From: Rotaria socialis | Lineage: Eukaryota | Length of the DNA stretch: 20,000 nucleotides | Direction of reading: 5' to 3' | NCBI GenBank assembly: GCA_905331295.1 | Contig: CAJNYD010000005.1 | Coordinates: 354,423-374,422 of the forward strand | Shown: positions 12,156 through 20,000 of the stretch, piece by piece | How the letters are laid out: each line of letters starts with the position of its first letter | How positions within the stretch are numbered: the stretch's first letter is position 1 | Position numbers and translations under genes: made by a program | The notes under the pieces: generated by a model | The model's input: only the letters and a program-made list of their open reading frames with translations | Told to the model about the DNA's origin: nothing | Database searches by the model: none

Positions 12156-12934
12156 CGTTTTAACATTGAATTTGATGATATTGTAGTATGTTCATTTTGA
12201 TGTTTATTTTTATTTGCCATTGATGTAGGACTATCTAATGTTTTTGATAATTGTCTTTTATATAATGGTTGATCTTTTTGATGTTCAATTTCTGCTTCAG
12301 TTTTAGTCATACTTTTTGAAATATTCAATTGGTTAGCAGAAGCTTCTGGTGAAACAATTCGTTTTTTTGTTGTTGTTGTTGTACTAATTCGTTCAGTTAA
12401 AGATGGTTCTAATAGTATATCTCGATCAATTAATGTTAAACTAGACCGTTTCATTGTAGTAGATGGTTTTGGTGATAATAAAATATTCGATGATGATGAC
12501 GATAAACATGGAGAAATACAATTAATTGATTCATTTGATTCCACAAGAATTGAAGATTTGGAATGGTTGACGTTTGTATTCAACGAATTACGTCGTTCAT
12601 GATTCGTTGACGTAGACACAAGTTCAAGACTGGACTTACTTTTTATTGAATTTTCAAGAGATTTTCTTACTGGTTCTGGTGTTTTCGATGAAGGACATTT
12701 CCGACGAATATTTTTCTTTGTCTTTAATCCATTTGATTCATTTTTTGTACGAAAATCACTGACTGTTTTGCTTTCTGTTATAGTAGATGTTTCTGTGTTA
12801 ACCGTTTTTTTCTCACTTGATGAAGTTAATAGTTGTTGAGATTGTTTATTTGAATCTTTATTTTTTAATTGAATGCCAAATTTATTGGCTACCTTATCTT
12901 TATTAAAAGCACCAAGACCCGGTGTAACACTCAT
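12156..12934 (-). CDS. Distal upstream coding exon of the MLCK gene (Ser/Thr/Lys-rich, probably disordered N-terminal extension, about 260 aa)
   Basis: The 260-aa ORF has its apparent stop inside a strong donor (AAA CG|gtaaga). It is phase 2, the same phase required by the acceptor at 8908 and by a candidate acceptor at 11084. Direct splicing to 8908 gives a 613-aa kinase. Confidence 0.7.
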
Positions 12935-14811
12935 TTGTTTACACTGGAAGAGATCTCCCTTTTCTTTCTCAAACTACCAACGACGATTTCATCTGCTGTT
13001 ATTGGTGTCTTTTGTACGTATCTTTGCTTGGAATATTCTATCTCTCCTGTTCTTATTCCTAAGAATAGAACCAAAAACAAGCATCTTTATAAAAAAAAAG
13101 AAAGCAATTCTTTTCTTATTGACTGCAGGAGTAGACGAAGAAATATCTTGTTCTTTTCTTTTTATTATATTTTTTCCTTCTCTCCGATAAGTATGGATAA
13201 CACTAGCGTGATATGGAACTACGTACAAAACAGAAAAACAAGAAAAGAAAAAGAAGAGGCCTTGGCGCTAGTGCAGAATGACGATGGATGCTATTACTAT
13301 GATTGTGATTATGCGACATCAATGATGGTGGTCCTGCCAGCACGTCCTCATCATTAGACATATACATATATGTATATAGGTTCTATAAAGAAAAATCTTA
13401 TTTGCAGATAATTATTGACTTTTCATTTTATTTGATCATGAACTATGTAAAGATTTTTAGAATTAACAAAATAATTTCATACCATATCACAATAATCAAA
13501 AGTAACTTAAAATATTGTCTATTTCATTGCCAGATGCTATTTGTCATGTAGATCCTTTATCTAGTAAACAATATGTCGATTTTCTTTGTCGTCTTTCAAA
13601 AATAGCCAAACAATTTTTAGCTATGGCTCGATATTCATTGATTGTTCTATCGAGTACATCTAATGAACAAATCTTTTCTATTACGGAAATTCGATAAACT
13701 CGAAATATTTCTGTGATTCATATTTATTATTTTTGATTGTTCTATCGAAAAGAATTAATGAATTCTTTCATTAATATTCATTCTATTGTTTCATAAGTAC
13801 ATAGTGTATACACTTGTAGATAAAAGAAAATCTCTAATATAATACATTTGTTTGATTAAATATAAGTCATAATATAAAGAAGAATATCAATTAATCTAAA
13901 CATATACTTATAAACATATGTTGTCTATGTCTATGTCTATTCAATAATAAATTCTTCTATGGACAATTGACTGATTGATAAAGTTTTCTAATAGTAACAT
14001 TTTTTTTTTATACAGAAAAATAATTGAAATAAAATAATGTTTATATTTAAATTTAAATAATTAAACAAATAAAATTATCTAAATGTTTTCGAATAAAAAT
14101 AAAAAAGAGCAATCAATTATTTAAATAAACTAATATAAGCAAATTCTTTAATAACATCAATAAATTTGTTAAGCAATATGAACTTTATAGAAGCAATCAA
14201 CAGTTGTTTATGTCATTCGTATCTGTCAAATGTTATCAATCTGCTATAAAACGCCCCAAGAGTACAAATTTGCCTCATGAGAGTAATTTCACGTGTTTTT
14301 ATAATTTACTCTGCTTTTACATCTGATATAAATCATTATTGATCAATCAAAAAGATTCTAGTATCTATTTTGTTTTCAATTTTTCATTTATTTTTATTTT
14401 TATATATAAATAAAAGAAAGTTATTATTGAATGCTAAACATACATATTTCCCTGTTTTCATTTTGCACATATATGCAGAAAAAGAAAAAGAAAAGAAAAC
14501 TGCTCACACAATAACCACGGTCTAGATTTAGCCGGATCCAGAGAAAAACCAAAACAAAGAAAAAAAAAAGAAAACAACGTTTCAAGAGAAAGCATAACGT
14601 AGAAAGAGTAGGAAAGAGGAGAAGAACAAGAGAAGAAAAAAAACACAAATAAGTCAAGAAAAAAAAGAAAACAACAAGTATAAATAATAGCTGAAATACA
14701 CACATATTAATATTATCTTATTTTTTCTCTCAATATCTTTCTCTCTCTGTCACTCTCAGTCCCGTCGAAAAAAACGAAGATTAATGCAATGTAAATATGC
14801 GATTATGTTTA

Positions 14812-17800
14812 TCAAGCTGAATAAGTAGTACCAGCCGCAGTTGTAACCGTTGTAGTCGTCGATGTTGGTGTTCCATAAGCGAATAGTGGCGAGTCAGGAC
14901 TAGTCGGCGTTGATGTTAACGTTGGAATGGTTGATAATGGCGGACTAAAAAACACTGGAAATGGATAATTTGTTTGCGGATGACCATGAAAATATGGTTG
15001 AGCTTGGCCAGGATTATTTGCTGTTGTAAAAATGAATGGCTGTTGAGCAAATGATGGATTTCCATTAGGATGTGCAGCAAGTAATGGATGTGGTAAAAGT
15101 GTTGCTGATTGAAATAATGGACCACCAGGATGAAAACCAAATGTTGTTGGACCGAATGGAATCTATTGAAAACAAGTTTTTATTTAAAATAGTTATTCAA
15201 TTGTTCAAAATCTTTTCATTCAAAACTCCATATGCAATAAAAGATAAATAATTTTTCGCAGAATAGTATAATACGTGCAGCTTAATCTAACTTCTTTTTA
15301 TCCTAGTTTTTATTTGAGCAAAAATATAATAAATTTCAATCAACATGCATCATTTTTGTTTTGTTATGTCGAATTTCTATCTAAATAGATGTTAATCATT
15401 GTCTAAAAAAATTGAAGCGACGAGAGATTTAGTTTTCTTTGTATATGATCAATACCCAATTATCTGGCATTATTACAGAAGAAGCTTTAAGAGAAATAAA
15501 ACTCATAAAAATCAGATTAGAGAAAATACAATTAAATCATTCAAATTAATTTTTCTTTTTTCGTTTTCTTTTGATTTTCTTACTCCTCATGTAGGTGTAG
15601 GACACTGAAAATAAGCTTCTGTAGTATTTCCATTTGTTTGTTCGATATAAACAACAAAAAGCCCCTGGAGAAAATTACCTCTTCAGGCTGATTCGGCTGC
15701 TGCTGCGAAGTTTGTTGTTCTGGTAAAATAAACTGAGGATGATTGGAATCGATCATCATTATCGATGGAGCGGTGGTAGTACTAGCAGCAGAGCCGTACA
15801 GCGCATCGTAAGTCTCTTTGTAGAGATCTTCGAGACATTTCTCCTATGATGAAAATTACAACAAAAAAAAACAAATATCAACTTAGCCATGCGTAGCATT
15901 AAATCACAGTAATATAAAACACATGCAAAATTTATCAATTTCCTTCTTTTTTTTAAGTAGAAATAAAAAGATAACATACGTCTGTTAGACGTGACGTTGG
16001 TCGAAGAATAGTATAATAAGCACCACGATGATGAACGACAGTTGGAGGTGGTTGACTTGGACGAGATGATGTTGTCAAAATTCCTGTTGGCGTTGAAGGA
16101 ACACTTCGGTTTATTGTTGGAGGACTTGCACTGCCATTTGCTGATAAACGACCGGTAGAATTTACACATCGACGAATATTTCTATTAGAAAAGTCTTTTA
16201 TGAAAATGCTTATACATATATATTTCACAATATGAAAATTAAGCTTTCTTTCTAATATTTTACTACAACTAAAATATATCAGAGTTCAATTAAACCGATG
16301 AATTCTTTATCGATATGAAAAATCTTCTCTTAAAATTAATTTATTGAAATATTATTTTTTTGGATTAAATAATTTTATTAAGGTTTTATAGAAATGTAGC
16401 TAAAAGTATGATATTTTATCTTTGTATACACTAACGAATGAATATTCAGTTATCAATTGAAATAGAAACTATCATATTGATTTATCTTTTCTTTCAACAA
16501 AATTATATCGAAAATATTTTTATATCAAATAAATGATATTATTCATCGTTCCTTAGGGATTATATAAAGATAAAAATTGTTTTCGAATATTCTTTGGCTG
16601 ACAAATATTTTTGATCAATAAAAAACAAGATAGATTAAATGATCGATTTTTTTCCAGCATTCTTTTTCTATTTTCTTTCACCACAATGAGTGTCTATGTG
16701 AGATATTTTTTTCATTCACCCTATGACTGTTACAGGATTAAACAAATTGAGTACACGACTAAATTCAATTGGATTTTGATCTTAACATATTTTTAAGTGT
16801 AAAAATCTTTTATGTTTTCTAAAGAACGCTCATGCTTATCATTGATTCTTTTAATCATGAATTAGTTAGCTTGTTCAAAGACGAAAGTTTTGAATCGTAC
16901 ATTAATTTCGTTTAACTTTAGACATAATACTGAATGTAGATGAAGTGTGTTCTATTTTCTCTTATATAAACATTCGATAAGACAAACTGGAAAAAATCAT
17001 AAGTTGAAAACATTTCGGTGATCAAAACTACTTCTTTTTAGATAGTGTTTTAACAAAAATAAACTTCTCGAAGAAGTATGTACAGAATTTATCTTTGAGA
17101 AGCTATATCGGATTAATGACGTTCTTCGAGTCTTTTTTTTGTTACATTACAAAATTTATTTTCAATTTACGAAAACAATCATTGGTATCACTTTTTGTTC
17201 GTTCATATAGCTTTACAAAACGCTAGATTTTTTTGTATTCTTCGAAATATTGAAATGCTGAATAGACAGAATAAATCTATGAAAATATAATCTTTTTTGA
17301 GTGATATGTTCTAGTTTTACAATGTATCCGTCTAGTCGACGTGCACTGAATACACCAAGTCGGTGAAATTGTAAATTATTTTATTATACATTTCTCAGCG
17401 ATCTCGATTCGTTTTTTCTTCTTCTTATAGATATGTCGTAGGCCAATCTCAAATTCAGTCCAATCCTAAATTGGCCTGTTTTTTCAGGCCAAACTAAGAT
17501 TCGCCTAGTCCATACTAAAATATTTTTCTGTTCAGGTCAATGTAAAATAAAGTTATCCAATGAAACTTTTAGCCTCCATTGTTAATATAATTTTGTAATA
17601 TTTTTACGAAACTTGGAGCATACAGACGAGTAATGAATTATGAGTAAAATATAGGCTGTCGTTCAAATTAAAACGACAGAGAAATTCATGAAAAATAAAA
17701 AAAGAATCATAGGAGAAACAATTGACATCCATTATTATGGACCGTCATTAAATGACAAATGTAACATTGGTGATTTTGTGGGATTACGAATAGATAAAGT

Positions 17801-18856
17801 TGATCGAACTAATACTAATCCAAAACTATTACCATGCGTTATAATTGCAAAAGAAGAAGAAAAGGAGAAACTTGCATGTGTTCATAGAGTCATTAATCAA
17901 TGGTGGACATTTACTTCTTTGGTTGGTTTATTTACTGTACCTCATGAACTTACTCATTTAAAACTGGAGGATTTACAAGAGATACCAATGATAACTGCAT
18001 CGAAATTATATGTCAGAGGAGCTGTCAATGGTATATGTTGTTCGTGCAAAGGCGGATGCAAGACAAAGCAATGTGCTTGTAAAAGAAATCAAGTTTTTTT
18101 GTTCAACAAACCCAGGTCGAGCAATCCGACAGTAGGCACCTATCGGAACACATCCGATCCGACTGGAATCCAATAGGATTTTATCGGATCCTGTCAGATC
18201 TTACAGAATTATCGTTGGACTCCGGGTCGAGGAATCGATGTCGGATCCTCAGCGTTGGATTCCTATGAATTCCAACGAAAAATCGTTGTATGTCATCGGA
18301 GGTTCATAGGATTCCAACACTGAGGATCCGACATCGATTTCTCGACCCGGAATCCAATAGAATTGTATCGGATTGTAGGATATTTCCAGGTTCCTATCGA
18401 ATCCGATATCGGATCAGTTGACCTGGGAAGTGTCATAAAAATACCAGTTGTTGTAAAAACATGGAAAAATTTTAAAAATTGTTTACTACTTTACTACTTT
18501 ACTAATCATAATAGTTTTCTTGTAGATCTTGAATTGAATTTAGATGAAGTATAGTTTATCTCATTAACCAGTTTATTCTAAGTTGGCCTAGGCCAATACT
18601 AGATTGGCCTGAACAGAAAAACCTTTTAGTATGGACTAGGCGAATCTTAGTTTGGCCTGAAAAAACAGGCCACTTTAGGATTGAACTGACGATTTTAAGG
18701 TGAAATCAATTTTGGACTAGTCCATTCTAAAATCTGAGATTGGCCTAGAAAAAAGCTAGGCCAAACGTCAATTCTAGATTGAACTAGTCGAAACTCAAAT
18801 TTTAGTTAGACCTAGGCCAATTTAGGATTGGCCTGAATTTGAGATTGGCCTACGAC

Positions 18857-18890
<34 letters not shown>

Positions 18891-20000
18891 CTATGAAAGA
18901 TGAAATTCGTGTAATGAATAATACAATTCTTACTTTTGTTGAAGAGCATTGGCACCAGTAGATAGAATCGTAGCTCCATTATTTATTGGTGTAGTTATTG
19001 TTGGTATCGATGTTGCATTTGTATGTAATTGTGTACTTGGAAATGTTATATAAGGAATAGCTGTTAAATGAGATGTTAAATCGAACGTTGCTGTTGTTGG
19101 AGCAACACTACCAGCTGGTAAACCAAACTAAAATAATGCATAGATACATACTTATGTATAGCTTGTCATGAACATAATAGAGAAAAAGTTTACTGGCATA
19201 TTTGCAGCAATGGTCGATGGACTAACACCACGCGTAAATCGAAAATATTGATTTTTATCAACAGGTTTAGCTAATGTAACTTCAACAATCGAACCATCGA
19301 TTTCTCGACCTAATTAAAATCAAAAATCAAAAAAAGTAAAAGAAAAGCCAAAAATAAATACCATTCATCAGATTCATCGCATGTAAAGCATCATCACGTT
19401 CTTTAAAATGAACAAATGCATAATCTTTTAATTTTTTAACACGTTCAACTGAATTAGATTTAAAGCGTTGAAAAATTTCTTTAATTTGTTCTTCTGTTGT
19501 ATTCATCATTAAATTTCTGACATAGAGTACTCGAACCTGAATTAAAAATGAAATATTTTAAAACAATTTTCTTTCAATAATATTTTCTTTTTTTACATTT
19601 GCCATAACATCTTCATCAACTTCAGTTTCAGGTTCAGCCCAATCGACAGCAATTTGATGTCCCCATAATTGAATTTTTCCTGGTAATAGTTTTCTTCTAG
19701 CCATAGCTGCTGATCGGTGACTTTCATATTCAACAAAAGCAAAGCCTCGATTTTTTGTTTTATCGTGTGCACTCGGATAAACAATAACATCAACAACACC
19801 TTCAGTTACTTTACACATTTCATCAAGAATTTCTTCCCGTTTTTTAGTTTTTGGTATTCCACCAACGAATAAACGACAATTATCAACAGATTGACAAACA
19901 CCAATTAAACGACTAGGACGAATTTCATAATTATTTAATTCTTTAACAGAACGTTTTGCATCATCGCGACATGTATATGTTATAAATGCATAGCCACGAT
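14812..20000 (-). CDS. RBM47: A1CF/RBM47/RBM46-family triple-RRM RNA-binding protein, 5' end outside the window. Exons >20000-19597, 19536-19362, 19309-19194, 19127-18934, 16181-15980, 15843-15679, 15162-14812
   Basis: The translation RGYAFITY...[37 protein letters not shown]...[62 protein letters not shown]...DYAFVHF...[14 protein letters not shown] closely matches RRM1-RRM3 of RBM47/A1CF as I recall them. The downstream Pro/Thr/Ser-rich exons join in phase (0,1,0,2,0,0) to TGA at 14814-14812. The symbol marks the family; orthology among A1CF, RBM46 and RBM47 is not resolved. Confidence 0.9.
17688..18475 (+). pseudogene. Disrupted C-terminal fragment of a KRBA2/SCAND3-like (Ginger2-type) integrase/transposase
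   Basis: It contains [26 protein letters not shown] and a Cys-rich tail. Removing one T from the T7 run (18094-18100) and the 18111-18427 insert plus one AA restores [38 protein letters not shown] (stop 18473-18475). No DDE core is visible. The family assignment is from recalled motif similarity, not a search. Confidence 0.72.
18111..18427. mobile_element. 317-bp MITE with CCCAGG...CCTGGG ends and a 2-bp TSD (CMC/EnSpm-like), nested in the Ginger2-like element
   Basis: Imperfect 21-bp TIRs, CCCAGGTCGAGCAATCCGACA vs CCCAGGTCAACTGATCCGATA. AA is duplicated at 18109-18110 and 18428-18429. Excision restores the codons TCA ACA AAG TGT CAT. It is richer in GC than its flanks and built from ATCCGA/TCGGAT motifs. 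Confidence 0.82.
18860..18889. repeat. (TA)15 microsatellite next to the right end of the Ginger2-like element
   Basis: A perfect 30-bp dinucleotide run starting 3 nt after the terminal ACA. Confidence 0.95.

Larger units (their letters stand above)
17434..18857 (+). mobile_element. Ginger2/TDD-like DNA transposon, internally deleted, in the 2.75-kb intron of the RBM47-like gene
   Basis: TGT...ACA termini. The terminal 44 bp (17434-17477 vs 18814-18857) are inverted repeats with one mismatch, and a further 90-bp inverted match links 17455-17544 with 18600-18689. AGGCCAAT/ATTGGCCT subrepeats are abundant. The element carries a KRBA2/SCAND3-like transposase C-terminus. No perfect TSD (GATA vs TGTA), and the right flank is (TA)n. 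Confidence 0.78.

Noticed and set aside
10415..13357. Several + strand ORFs (10415-10672, 11035-11262, 12869-13357, 12873-13190)
   Set aside because: They are antisense shadows of MLCK exons or low-complexity UTR sequence.
13515..13697. 60-aa + strand ORF after an acceptor-like ttcattgccag, with an open antisense frame
   Set aside because: No recognisable motif, no convincing upstream exon, and a non-ATG start. It lies between the RBM47-like 3' UTR and the MLCK promoter region.
14424..14705. Phe/Leu-rich minus-strand ORFs that look like membrane peptides
   Set aside because: They are translations of the U-rich 3' UTR of the RBM47-like gene, with no splice or codon support.
18363..18554. 63-aa ORF, and the C-terminal PRSSNPT... 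part of ORF 17688-18176
   Set aside because: Chimeric read-through of MITE sequence; the true transposase tail is in another frame.
7259..20000. Functional coupling of the RBM47-like RNA regulator and the adjacent alternatively spliced MLCK
   Set aside because: Tandem adjacency in a compact animal genome is not evidence of a regulatory system.

Overview
AT-rich eukaryotic (animal) genomic DNA with many 50-90 nt GT-AG introns. Composition, intron size and codon style suggest a bdelloid rotifer or similar small invertebrate, which is inference only. Three spliced genes were reconstructed by hand. (1) A 5-exon + strand gene (2476-3759) for a 350-aa orphan membrane protein with about 6 TM helices. 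(2) A - strand myosin light chain kinase (MLCK/sqa-like) gene with ten 3' exons (7259-8908, including 15-nt and 27-nt microexons) and two large phase-compatible upstream exons (9909-11047, 12156-12934) encoding alternative low-complexity N-termini. (3) The 3' part of a - strand A1CF/RBM47/RBM46-family RRM gene (14812->20000). Two introns carry DNA transposons: a 424-bp hAT/P-type MITE with a perfect 8-bp TSD, and a Ginger2-like (KRBA2/SCAND3-type integrase) deletion derivative that is itself interrupted by a CCCAGG-ended MITE with a 2-bp TSD. No prokaryotic systems, CRISPR arrays or RNA genes were seen. I cannot support a claim of a wholly new biological system; the best leads are the nested transposon, the MLCK isoform architecture and the orphan membrane protein.
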